From positions 1 to 28,755 of the forward strand of contig CAYTNI010000001.1 in assembly GCA_964439115.1 (NCBI GenBank): 28,755 nt of DNA, read 5' to 3'. The translations under genes were made by a program, and so were the position numbers. Source of the DNA: an uncultured Saprospiraceae bacterium. Lineage in GTDB: Bacteria; Bacteroidota; Bacteroidia; Chitinophagales; Saprospiraceae. The notes below the pieces were generated by a model, which saw only the letters and a program-made list of their open reading frames with translations, was not told where the DNA came from and did not search any database. Numbering within the stretch: the first letter of the stretch is position 1; every line of letters starts with the position of its first letter. Of the stretch, positions 1 to 8,262 are shown piece by piece.

Positions 1-1158
1 ACCGGTGGACTTACCCCGGCAACTACTGTACAAAACTCCGACATAAATGTCTCCGGGCTGCTCCAAAAAGCAACCGTTGGCGGTGGCGCTACGACAGGTT
101 CGGGAGGATTGGAGGCAGGAGGGAATGGTGCAACACCGGAGTTGCAGGCGATGACCCCTGCAACGATTGCAGCCCTACAGGACACTCATTTGGAAACCGC
201 AAATAATGCTTCGACACAAGACAACACTTCCGGGCGCGAATTATCCCCGATAGTTCCTGCGGTAAAGCTGGGCGAACCTGTCAGTTATTCCGTGGTGGCA
301 CCCTTGCCGTTGAATTTTGGCATCAGGGAGGGCATTCCTGCAGAATTTTCCATGTCTTTAGGTTCCACACGTAGGGCAGCCTCGGGCAGTCGTGTTTTTG
401 CAGGACTTGTGCTGACTCAAAATCTCAGCTATCGCACCATTCAATCAAACCGGCCTTTGAATATTTTGCCCCCATTTCTGCGGGAAAATGAATCCGCAGC
501 TTTTGCCTCGGAAATGGGTATTAAAATAGGTTGGCGTGCATCTTCCCGTTTTGCAATTAGTGGAGGTTTGGGTTTGTACAATGTGGGGCTGCAATCCATG
601 CACCAATTAAGAGTCCCTTTTGATCCCGGCAGGGAGAACCCGGCAGGGAATGATAGTTTTGAAAGTAATTATGCACTTTCCGTACCTTCAGCCTATGGAG
701 ACGCCACCGTGGAAGTGGGCCTGCGCCGCCCCAATCAGCAGCAGGTGCCTCCAGGGCAAAACATTAACCTGGTGATGAAAACTAATTTGAACCTCAGATA
801 TATCTCCATTCCTGTCAATGCTTATTACTTTTTGAGTTCCGGGCGTTTTTCCGCAGGCTTAAAGGCCGGATTGGCGTTGAACATCCTCCAAAAGCAGGAA
901 TTTACCGCTTCAGCGCAGATTATGGAACGGGGATTAAGATCCAGAACAGTTACAGTACAGCCTCGCCTGGAACCTCTGGAACAGATTATTCCGGATTTAC
1001 AACTAGGTGCGGCGCTATGGTATCGCCCAGTTGCAGGGTGGCTAATCAGCATGGAGCCGACCTACCGGAATAGCCTCAAACCAGCTGTAAACCGGGAATT
1101 TTTCAGTGTTTCGCAATACGCTATGGGGTTGCAAATCGGCGTTCAAAAAATTTTCTAA
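1..1158 (+). CDS. Outer-membrane beta-barrel domain protein (PorT/OMP_b-brl-like) with low-complexity N-terminal spacer; 5'-truncated by the window edge
   Basis: Frame 1 is open from base 1, with no stop before the TTG called at 109. A G/T/A/S-rich spacer is followed by amphipathic strands (FAGLVLTQN, MGIKIGWR, ISGGLGLY, YISIPVNAYY, GLKAGLALN). It ends GLQIGVQKIF with a terminal Phe typical of BAM substrates. Confidence 0.7.
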   Translation, partial: TGGLTPATTVQNSDINVSGLLQKATVGGGATTGSGGLEAGGNGATPELQAMTPATIAALQDTHLETANNASTQDNTSGRELSPIVPAVKLGEPVSYSVVAPLPLNFGIREGIPAEFSMSLGSTRRAASGSRVFAGLVLTQNLSYRTIQSNRPLNILPPFLRENESAAFASEMGIKIGWRASSRFAISGGLGLYNVGLQSMHQLRVPFDPGRENPAGNDSFESNYALSVPSAYGDATVEVGLRRPNQQQVPPGQNINLVMKTNLNLRYISIPVNAYYFLSSGRFSAGLKAGLALNILQKQEFTASAQIMERGLRSRTVTVQPRLEPLEQIIPDLQLGAALWYRPVAGWLISMEPTYRNSLKPAVNREFFSVSQYAMGLQIGVQKIF

Positions 1159-1237
1159 CCCACAGGCAACCTTTCTTCTTATATGAACACCTATTGTTTT
1201 GAATTCCTTATTATTTTGTCATAAAAATTCAGTTTAC

Positions 1238-2017
1238 ATGAAAAAAGTGCTTTTTGCGGGCTTGCTGCTCTCTCTCACCGCAGGATTCCTTTTCCAAAGC
1301 TGCGACAAGGAGCAAAACCTTACTGACGAGCAATTGATTGAACAGCTCTCCACAGCAAATTTGCAAACTATCGAACCGGCGCAACTTCCGGTTGAGGTTC
1401 GTCAGACTGTGGAAGAATTGTTCTTCGACACGTACATGGAGAATCTTTACCACGGGCCGGGGCTTGGCTATCGCATCGAGCTTGGCAACGAGACCTTGTT
1501 GTACTTTCACGAAAATGGCGACATGGTAGAATTTCGGGATCCCAACCCAAGTGGCCGTGGTGGCAGGTGGTTTGGTCCCAATGGGCCTCACGGACCATGT
1601 TTTGACCGAATCAATGGTTTTGGACGTCCGGTGCGGCCGGCCAATTTGCCGGAAGCTGTGCAGAACTATATTGCCGAAAATTATCCCGATGAAACTATTC
1701 GCATAGCCAGAATGAACCCAAGTCGCATTGTGGTACTCATTTCAGGGCCTCTCGTGCTGGTATTCGACAATGCCGGCAATTTCATCCAGGAAGTTTCGCC
1801 TTTGGAAAATTGCAACCCGGGGCGCTGTAACCGCGTGGCAGAAGCAGATCTTCTCCCCGCCATTCAAACGTATATTGAGGCCAATTATCAGGATGCAACC
1901 TTCCGTGGCGCATGCACCCGTACTGACCGCACCGCTGTATTCATGGTCAATGACGGAGAAAGGCTGATTTTGGTATTCGACAGTGCTACCGGAGAGTTTC
2001 TGTTCTCTAGACCATAA
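1238..2017 (+). CDS. Lipoprotein with three tandem PepSY-like (BLIP-like) repeats
   Basis: The ATG at 1238 gives MKK + hydrophobic stretch + FQS-C lipobox, followed by acidic DKEQNLTDE. Three repeats share the pattern LP(E)AVQxYIxxNYPD...LxFDxxGxF (QLPVEVRQTV; NLPEAVQNYIAENYPD; LLPAIQTYIEANYQD). Confidence 0.75.
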   Translation: MKKVLFAGLLLSLTAGFLFQSCDKEQNLTDEQLIEQLSTANLQTIEPAQLPVEVRQTVEELFFDTYMENLYHGPGLGYRIELGNETLLYFHENGDMVEFRDPNPSGRGGRWFGPNGPHGPCFDRINGFGRPVRPANLPEAVQNYIAENYPDETIRIARMNPSRIVVLISGPLVLVFDNAGNFIQEVSPLENCNPGRCNRVAEADLLPAIQTYIEANYQDATFRGACTRTDRTAVFMVNDGERLILVFDSATGEFLFSRP

Positions 2018-2050
2018 GAGAATAGTAGTACAAGTGTTTTCATAATCCTG

Positions 2051-2091
2051 GGAGGGGTGGCGAGGTTTACTCACTACCCCTCCTTCTTTTT
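2051..2091 (+). terminator. Rho-independent terminator after the PepSY-like gene
   Basis: GGAGGGGTGGCGAG-gttta-CTCACTACCCCTCC forms a 14-position stem with one G-U pair and one mismatch, followed by TTCTTTTT. Confidence 0.75.
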
Positions 2092-2134
2092 ATAGGAATG
2101 CGCCAAGTATCTTTTACACATGGCGCCACTTCGC

Positions 2135-2142
2135 TAATTTTG
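2135..2142 (+). promoter_or_regulatory. Bacteroidota -7 promoter element (TAATTTTG) for the gldA-gluQ unit
   Basis: Matches TAnnTTTG 29 nt upstream of the ATG at 2172 and just downstream of a terminator. Confidence 0.6.
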
Positions 2143-2171
2143 CATATTGAAAGCATCATACACCAAACGTC

Positions 2172-3095
2172 ATGGATATTCGCATTGACCATCTCACCAA
2201 GTATTATGGCACCCAAATTGCCGTAGATCATATCTCCTTTGAAGTAAAAACGGGGGAAATTCTCGGCTTTCTGGGGCCCAATGGCGCAGGAAAGACGACC
2301 ACCATGAAGATGATAACCGGCTATTTGCCGCCAGACGAAGGCAATATTCTCATCGGAGGGCAATCTATCCGCGAACACGACATGCGACGACATATAGGAT
2401 ATCTACCGGAGCACAATCCGCTTTATCTGGATATGCCCGTGATGGACTACCTCGCCTATTGCGCCGCCCTCCATGGAACAAAAGAAGCGGAAATTCCCGG
2501 GCGAGTCAGGGAAATGGTTCGTTTGTGCGGCCTCAATGTGGAAAAACACAAGCGCATCGGGGAGTTGTCCAAGGGTTATCGCCAGCGCGTAGGGCTTGCA
2601 CAGGCCATGATCCACGATCCCGCCATTCTTATCCTCGATGAACCAACTACCGGACTCGACCCCAACCAAATTGTCGAAATCCGGCAACTCATCCGCGATC
2701 TGGGAAAAGAAAAAACCGTAATCCTCAGCACCCATATCCTCCCGGAAGTTGAAGCTACCTGCGATCGCATTCTTATTATCAATAAAGGTGTTATTGCCGC
2801 AGATGGTACAGCCGAAATGCTTCGCAAGCAGGCGCAGGGCAAGCAGGTGCTCCATACCCGAATTGAAGGCGCTCCCGCTACCAGGATACAGGAAGCACTA
2901 CAAACCCTGCCCGGTGTAGAAACAGTAGGTATCCTGGACGCAGAAACAGGCAGATTTGAATTGGAAAGCCTGCCCGATAGTCATTCTGCCAGAGAAGTAT
3001 TTGAGCTGTGTGTCCGCCAAAAATGGATTGCTACAGAACTGATTCCTTTTGAAACCAAGCTGGAGGATGTATTCCGAAATCTCACCATGAACTAA
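2172..3095 (+). CDS. gldA: ABC transporter ATP-binding protein, GldA-like (gliding motility-associated)
   Basis: Walker A GPNGAGKT, signature LSKGYRQR, Walker B ILILDEP and H-loop STH. Length is about 307 aa with a C-terminal LEDVFRNLT extension. No permease gene is adjacent, consistent with gldA being unlinked from gldFG in other Bacteroidota. Confidence 0.75.
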   Translation: MDIRIDHLTKYYGTQIAVDHISFEVKTGEILGFLGPNGAGKTTTMKMITGYLPPDEGNILIGGQSIREHDMRRHIGYLPEHNPLYLDMPVMDYLAYCAALHGTKEAEIPGRVREMVRLCGLNVEKHKRIGELSKGYRQRVGLAQAMIHDPAILILDEPTTGLDPNQIVEIRQLIRDLGKEKTVILSTHILPEVEATCDRILIINKGVIAADGTAEMLRKQAQGKQVLHTRIEGAPATRIQEALQTLPGVETVGILDAETGRFELESLPDSHSAREVFELCVRQKWIATELIPFETKLEDVFRNLTMN

Positions 3096-3106
3096 AGGCT
3101 CGTACC

Positions 3107-4000
3107 ATGCCTGTTCGCACCCGGCTGGCTCCGACACCTAGCGGATACCTCCATCCTGGCAACGGAGCTTCATTTGCACTAACCTGGGCCTTGGCCCGCG
3201 CAGCGAAGGGTAGTGTATTGCTCCGGATTGACGACCTCGACCGGGCAAGGTTCCGGCACGATTTTTTGGAAGATATTTTTTTAACCTTAGACTGGCTGGG
3301 GCTCGATTGGGATGAGGGCCCGGCCACCCCTGATGATTTTTTGGCGCATTTCTCGCAAACTCAGCGCGTGGAAGCCTACGAAGCCGCTATTCAACAGCTC
3401 GTATCATCTGGGTTGATATTTGCTTGTGATTGCTCGAGAAAATCTATACGGCTGCAGGGAATGGATGGTCACTGCCCCGGCAATTGCAGAAACAGGCAAC
3501 TCAGCCTGTCTTTGCCTTCCACTGCCTGGCGCGTGCGGCTACCTGACCCCTGTATAGTGGAATTAAAACCCTGGCGAGAATCGGCACCCTATTCAGTGAA
3601 TTTGAAATCCGGCATGGGGGATTTCGTATTGCGGCAAAAAGATGGCACGCCGGCCTATCAAATTGCCTCCCTGTGTGATGACATTCACTGGAATATCAAT
3701 CTGATTGTCAGAGGAGAAGATTTACTGAACTCCACGGCGGCACAAATATGGCTGGCAGAGCAGTTGTCGGCGGTATCCTTTCAGGAGGTTGATTTTTTGC
3801 ATCATCCTTTGATTACCGATGATACCGGAGAAAAGCTCTCGAAATCCTCCGGTGCATTGGCTTTGGCATCCTGGCGTAGCTCCGGACGCAGTCCCATGCC
3901 CCTTTTTGCGCAGGCCGCACAATGGTTGGGATTAGCTGCACAGCCGGAAACAGCGCAGCAACTTATGCTGCTTGTACGCACCCATTTTTTTTCGGAATAA
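3107..4000 (+). CDS. gluQ: Glutamyl-Q tRNA(Asp) synthetase (GluRS catalytic domain only, no anticodon-binding domain)
   Basis: RTRLAPTPSGYLHPGN (HIGH-type), LRIDDLD, Zn-binding CDCSR...CPGNCR, YQIASLCDD, VRGEDL and KLSKS (KMSKS-type). At 297 aa it lacks the anticodon domain. Confidence 0.85.
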   Translation: MPVRTRLAPTPSGYLHPGNGASFALTWALARAAKGSVLLRIDDLDRARFRHDFLEDIFLTLDWLGLDWDEGPATPDDFLAHFSQTQRVEAYEAAIQQLVSSGLIFACDCSRKSIRLQGMDGHCPGNCRNRQLSLSLPSTAWRVRLPDPCIVELKPWRESAPYSVNLKSGMGDFVLRQKDGTPAYQIASLCDDIHWNINLIVRGEDLLNSTAAQIWLAEQLSAVSFQEVDFLHHPLITDDTGEKLSKSSGALALASWRSSGRSPMPLFAQAAQWLGLAAQPETAQQLMLLVRTHFFSE

Positions 4001-4045
4001 AGGCTGGCGGAGCTCAACGGATAAGGAGATGAACCCGGCGAAATG

Positions 4046-5902
4046 CTATTGCAACTGAGCACGAAGCGCATCGAATTTAGGATCTCCGCGAAGTGCGTCG
4101 AGGTTGCTGTCGTGGTCAAACCATCCCTTTTGGCTGATTCCGAGGGAAATAGAATGTTCCAGGCAATTGAGGGCCTCTTCGGGCATGCCGAGCAGGGCAT
4201 ACACACAGGCGGCATTATACTGTAGCATAGCATCGTTGGGATCCATGGCGAGTGCTCTTCTTAGCCATTGCATAGCCTTTTCTTCTTCTTTTAGTGCAGC
4301 AAGCCCGTTGGCTCCAAAATACAAGGCACGGGTATCTGCAGGATTGATACTGAGCGCTTGTTCGGCTATGTCCACGCCCAAAGTCCTTGCTTCGAGCGCA
4401 CGGGGTTCAAGACCCAGGTCGGCATAAACCTGAGCGGCCAGCAGGATGGCTTGAAAATCTCCCGGCAAGAGCGTATGGGCTTTTTCAAAAAGTCGGGCAG
4501 CCTTTTCCAGTTTACCCATGGTAAAACAAACTCTTCCGTACCAATACCAGGCTTCATAGAGACGAGGGTCCAATTCGATAGCACGTTCAAAAGAGGCTTC
4601 GGAAGCCTCGTACTGTTTATTGAGCGAAAGTGCAATACCTCGGGAAACATGGGCCTTGGCGAGGAGTGGATCAATTTCGAGCGCCTTCATGCTAAGGTCA
4701 TGAGCTGCGACGAGGTGTTTTTCGCTATCATCCACATAAAGGAAGAGGTAGGAAAAGCAATCCGCCAGGCCGCAATAAGCCAGGGCATAGGATTCGTCCT
4801 CCTCAATGGCTTTCCGAAACATTTGTGCGGCAAATTCAACCCCTTGGCGACTGAACTGCCCGTAAAATCGGCGGCCACGCAGATAATAGTCATAAGCATT
4901 GATGTTGCTGGTTTGTGTGCTGCTGATGTCGCGTACTTGCCGGGACACCAGCTTGACCCGCAGGGCAGAAGCAATATTGGAGGCGATTTCATCCTGTACA
5001 GAAAAAACGTCTTCCACAAATTTGTCATAGCGGCCCGACCAGAGATTAATTCCGGACTCTACGTCTGCCAGTTCAGCAGTAATGCGAAGCCGACGTCCGG
5101 AGAAGCGAACAGCCCCGGTGAGCAGAGCGGAGGCACGTAGCTTTCGTCCTGTTTCCAGAAAGTCGAGATCCTGGCGATTTTTAAGTGCAAATACGGAAGA
5201 ACGGGAGATTACCTGCAGCCCTTGAACTTTGCCGAGTGCTACAATTATTTCCTCGGCCATTCCGTCGCAAAAGTTATCCCATTTGGGGTCTCCCCCGAGA
5301 TTTTGAAAAGGTAGTACCGCGATGGTATGGGTTTGAAGAGAGGTTCGTGGAGGGGGAAAGTCTGAAGGCACTCCGGAGATGAAAAGTTGGTGTAGTGTTT
5401 CGGGGCGGTCGAAATCTTTAAGCCAGAACGCTCCGACCTCCTGCAGGCGGACACCTTCGGGAAGTTGGGCAGCTACGGCGCGGGCGGTGGCATCGGAGAG
5501 CAGAACCTGGCCCCCATGTGCTGCGTTGCAAACCCGGGAAGCACGGTGTACTTCAATTCCAATATAACCTCCTGTAGGCCCCAAAATAGCCTCGCCACTA
5601 TGAATACCTATGCGAACTTTATAGGAAATTGCGCCGGATATACTCTCCACCACAAAAGCTCGCTGTACAGCCACGGCCACGGCTACGGCTTCTGCGGGAG
5701 CATCAAAGACGGCGAAAAATCCGTCCCCTGCCGTATCAATCTCCTTGCCTCTGTGATGCCCTACTGCGGCTCTGATAATGGCACGATAGCGCTCCAGCAC
5801 CGTGGCATAGGCGGCACCCAAGCGCTGTGCAATCCTGGTGGAGCCTTCCATATCGGTGAAGAAAAAAGTTTTTCTAGCCTTGGGGAGATCGTGCATATTC
5901 AT
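4046..5902 (-). CDS. Class III adenylate/guanylate cyclase domain + TolB-N-like domain + TPR repeats
   Basis: FFTDMEGST and TAGDGF supply the two metal-binding Asp; VRIGIHSGE and GGQVLLS are also present. IAVLPFQNLG...DGMAEEII...VISRSS...L.G.VR marks the TolB-like module, followed by several TPR helices (YNAACVYALLG). The start could be TTG 5905, ATG 5902 or ATG 5896. Confidence 0.88.
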   Translation of the reverse strand: MNMHDLPKARKTFFFTDMEGSTRIAQRLGAAYATVLERYRAIIRAAVGHHRGKEIDTAGDGFFAVFDAPAEAVAVAVAVQRAFVVESISGAISYKVRIGIHSGEAILGPTGGYIGIEVHRASRVCNAAHGGQVLLSDATARAVAAQLPEGVRLQEVGAFWLKDFDRPETLHQLFISGVPSDFPPPRTSLQTHTIAVLPFQNLGGDPKWDNFCDGMAEEIIVALGKVQGLQVISRSSVFALKNRQDLDFLETGRKLRASALLTGAVRFSGRRLRITAELADVESGINLWSGRYDKFVEDVFSVQDEIASNIASALRVKLVSRQVRDISSTQTSNINAYDYYLRGRRFYGQFSRQGVEFAAQMFRKAIEEDESYALAYCGLADCFSYLFLYVDDSEKHLVAAHDLSMKALEIDPLLAKAHVSRGIALSLNKQYEASEASFERAIELDPRLYEAWYWYGRVCFTMGKLEKAARLFEKAHTLLPGDFQAILLAAQVYADLGLEPRALEARTLGVDIAEQALSINPADTRALYFGANGLAALKEEEKAMQWLRRALAMDPNDAMLQYNAACVYALLGMPEEALNCLEHSISLGISQKGWFDHDSNLDALRGDPKFDALRAQLQ

Positions 5903-5912
5903 CAATAAGCCG

Positions 5913-5920
5913 CAAAGTTA
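5913..5920 (-). promoter_or_regulatory. -7 promoter element (TAACTTTG) for the cyclase gene
   Basis: The plus strand reads CAAAGTTA. It lies in the short gap between the yciO-like stop and the cyclase start. Confidence 0.6.
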
Positions 5921-5951
5921 ATGCCGTGCGGCGGGTTTCAGCGCGTGGAGT

Positions 5952-6566
5952 TCAGAAAATCAATTCCCCGGCACCTTGACGGATGATTTCCGGTTCCGGC
6001 CCCGTACAATCCACCAAGGTGGAGGGAATGATTCCCCCAGGGCCGCCATCAATCACCATGTCAACCAGTTTATGAAACTCCTCTTCCAGTAAATCCGGAT
6101 CAGTGTAATATTCCAGGATATCGTCTTCTGTCTTCAGTGAAGTCGTAAGTATAGGTCGGCCCAGCTCTTCAAGCAAGGCCATAATGATGGGATTATCGGG
6201 AATGCGTATTCCAATCGTTTTTTTTCGGTTCACAAAGATCTTTGGGGTTTTATGCCCGGTAGGAAGCACAAAGGTAAATGGCCCGGGAAGATTGCGACGA
6301 AGGATTTTAAATATCGGTGTATCAATTTGGGCGGCATACTCTGCCACCTGACTGATATCCTTGCACATCATGGTCAGCATTGCCTTGCCGGGATCGAGCT
6401 TTCTCAGACGGCAAACACGCTCCACGGCTTCCTTAGACATAATATCACAGCCTATGGCATATACGGTATCCGTAGGATAGATAATCACACCGTCCGCTTT
6501 CAGAATACTCACCACCTGAGTAATCTTGCGTGAATCTGGATTTTGGGTATTTATGGTAAGTAACAT
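5952..6566 (-). CDS. Sua5/YciO/YrdC family protein (L-threonylcarbamoyladenylate synthase-like, YciO-type)
   Basis: YPTDTVYAIGC, LPGPFTF, TIGIRIP, RPILTTS, DGG and STLVD motifs are present. It lacks the KxR and SxN motifs of canonical TsaC. Confidence 0.85.
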   Translation of the reverse strand: MLLTINTQNPDSRKITQVVSILKADGVIIYPTDTVYAIGCDIMSKEAVERVCRLRKLDPGKAMLTMMCKDISQVAEYAAQIDTPIFKILRRNLPGPFTFVLPTGHKTPKIFVNRKKTIGIRIPDNPIIMALLEELGRPILTTSLKTEDDILEYYTDPDLLEEEFHKLVDMVIDGGPGGIIPSTLVDCTGPEPEIIRQGAGELIF

Positions 6567-6569
6567 AAA

Positions 6570-7601
6570 TCAATCTTTGTAAATTCCGGTAAAGCGCTCG
6601 CCCGGCTTGGCATAACCTCTGTACATACCTTCCGAGTTGAATGGCATGGCAATGTTGCCCTTCTTATCGAGTGCAATAAGACCTCCCTCACCACCAGCAG
6701 ATTTCAACTTTTCATGAACCACCAAATCTGCAGCGTCACCAAGGGTAAGGCCTTTATACTTAATGAGTGCGGCCACATCGTGAGCCACTGTATAACGAAT
6801 AAAAAACTCCCCATGTCCGGTAGCAGATATCCCGCAGCTGGCATTTTCAGCATAAGTGCCTGCGCCGATGATGGGCGAATCTCCAATTCGGCTGTAGCGT
6901 TTATTGGTCATTCCACCGGTGGAGGTGCCTGCTGCGATGTTTCCGTTTTTATCCAGTGCCACACATCCGACCGTACCAAACTTGTTGTCCTGTGAGGGCG
7001 GAAATAATACGCCTGAGGATTTATTTTCCTCGGCTTTGGCGCGCTCCAGGGCATTCCACCGCTCCTGGGTAAAAAAATAATCCGGTGCAACCGTATCCAG
7101 CCCTTGGGCGATGGCAAATTCTTCAGCACCATCCCCTGCCATCATGACATGCGCAGAGTGATCCATGACCGCTCTTGCCAGCCGAATGGGATTTTTAACA
7201 ATGGTAACACCCGCTACAGCGCCGGCTTCGAGCGTAGCGCCATTCATAAATGCAGCGTCCAACTCATTGCGGCCTTCATGGGTAAAAACAGCTCCTTTTC
7301 CGGCATTAAAAAGGGGCATATCCTCTAAAAATACCACCACAGCTTCCACTGCATCCATGGCGGTACCCCCGGATTTTAGAATTTGTTCACCGACGTCAAG
7401 CGCACCGTTCAATGCAGCAATATAGGCGGCTTCTTTTTCCGGGCTCATGCTCTCCCGACGAATAGTACCCGCCCCTCCGTGAATAACAAGTGCGTATTCA
7501 GGAGCTGATTCCGAGGAACCCTTGTTCTGCATAGATGTTTCAGATTGGCAACTCATAAGGACGGAAAGAAAGCTAATCCAGTAAATAAAACGCATTTTCA
7601 T
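6570..7601 (-). CDS. iaaA: Isoaspartyl peptidase/L-asparaginase (Ntn hydrolase), predicted lipoprotein
   Basis: HGGAG, FNAGKGAV, ELDAAFMNG, the autoprocessing site FG|TVGCVALD, AAGTSTGG, RIGDSPIIGAG and SATGHGE. N-terminal signal with an LMS-C lipobox. Confidence 0.88.
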   Translation of the reverse strand: MKMRFIYWISFLSVLMSCQSETSMQNKGSSESAPEYALVIHGGAGTIRRESMSPEKEAAYIAALNGALDVGEQILKSGGTAMDAVEAVVVFLEDMPLFNAGKGAVFTHEGRNELDAAFMNGATLEAGAVAGVTIVKNPIRLARAVMDHSAHVMMAGDGAEEFAIAQGLDTVAPDYFFTQERWNALERAKAEENKSSGVLFPPSQDNKFGTVGCVALDKNGNIAAGTSTGGMTNKRYSRIGDSPIIGAGTYAENASCGISATGHGEFFIRYTVAHDVAALIKYKGLTLGDAADLVVHEKLKSAGGEGGLIALDKKGNIAMPFNSEGMYRGYAKPGERFTGIYKD

Positions 7602-7638
7602 AGTTTAGGTATATCCAGGATGAGGAAAATCGCGTAAC

Positions 7639-8262
7639 TCAGGCCATCAACAACGCTTCTATATGTTCGAAAAACATCCCTACATGGCGGGCATCCATCA
7701 GGGCGTGATGCGCGTGAACGGAAATTGGGATGGTGAACTGCCCGTTTTGTTCCAACATTTTTCCAAAGGTAACTTTCGGGATAGAATCCCCGATAGAAAA
7801 TCTTCTTGCATGGGATAATCCGGAGAAATGAATCCAGGGAATAGAAGAAAAATGGATGACGTCGAGCCTGTGGTCACCCAGCTCCAGTCCGCTACTTGCC
7901 TGCACCCTGGCCATTTCCTTTTTTGCATGCGTTTCAAACTCCGCGAAGTTCGGATAATACTCCATGTAAGAGAAGCCGAAAGTGCCATCCGGACGGCCGA
8001 TGGTTGGTGAAACATGAATTTTATCAAATACGGCTACGGCGTCCTCTTCTATACGGTATCGGAACGCTTCCTCTGCATTGACGGCTACAAGGGTTTTGTG
8101 TAAATAGGATAAGAAAAAGGAATGACCTTCTTTTTTTGACCGCTCATAGGCCTTGGTGCACGGAAGCTGGGTACAGATGCCAAAGAAAGGCTCTTCAAAA
8201 TCTTTGAAGAACTGAAAATGCGCCTTTCTGGGCCAGGATGCTATATCTAACCATGTTTTCAT
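7639..8262 (-). CDS. CatA-like O-acetyltransferase (chloramphenicol acetyltransferase family)
   Basis: W.RKAHF.FF N-terminus, SSIPWIHFS, IPKVTFGK and HHALMDARH (compare canonical HHAVCDGFH); 207 aa. Confidence 0.85.
   Translation of the reverse strand: MKTWLDIASWPRKAHFQFFKDFEEPFFGICTQLPCTKAYERSKKEGHSFFLSYLHKTLVAVNAEEAFRYRIEEDAVAVFDKIHVSPTIGRPDGTFGFSYMEYYPNFAEFETHAKKEMARVQASSGLELGDHRLDVIHFSSIPWIHFSGLSHARRFSIGDSIPKVTFGKMLEQNGQFTIPISVHAHHALMDARHVGMFFEHIEALLMA

Noticed and set aside
4358-5140. 260-aa ORF on the + strand
   Set aside because: Lies fully antisense to the cyclase-TPR gene and has no recognisable motifs; a shadow ORF.
4046-5905. Cyclase as a Pycsar-type anti-phage system
   Set aside because: No adjacent cyclic-nucleotide-binding TM or TIR effector and no defence genes. 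The TolB-N/TPR architecture fits signalling.
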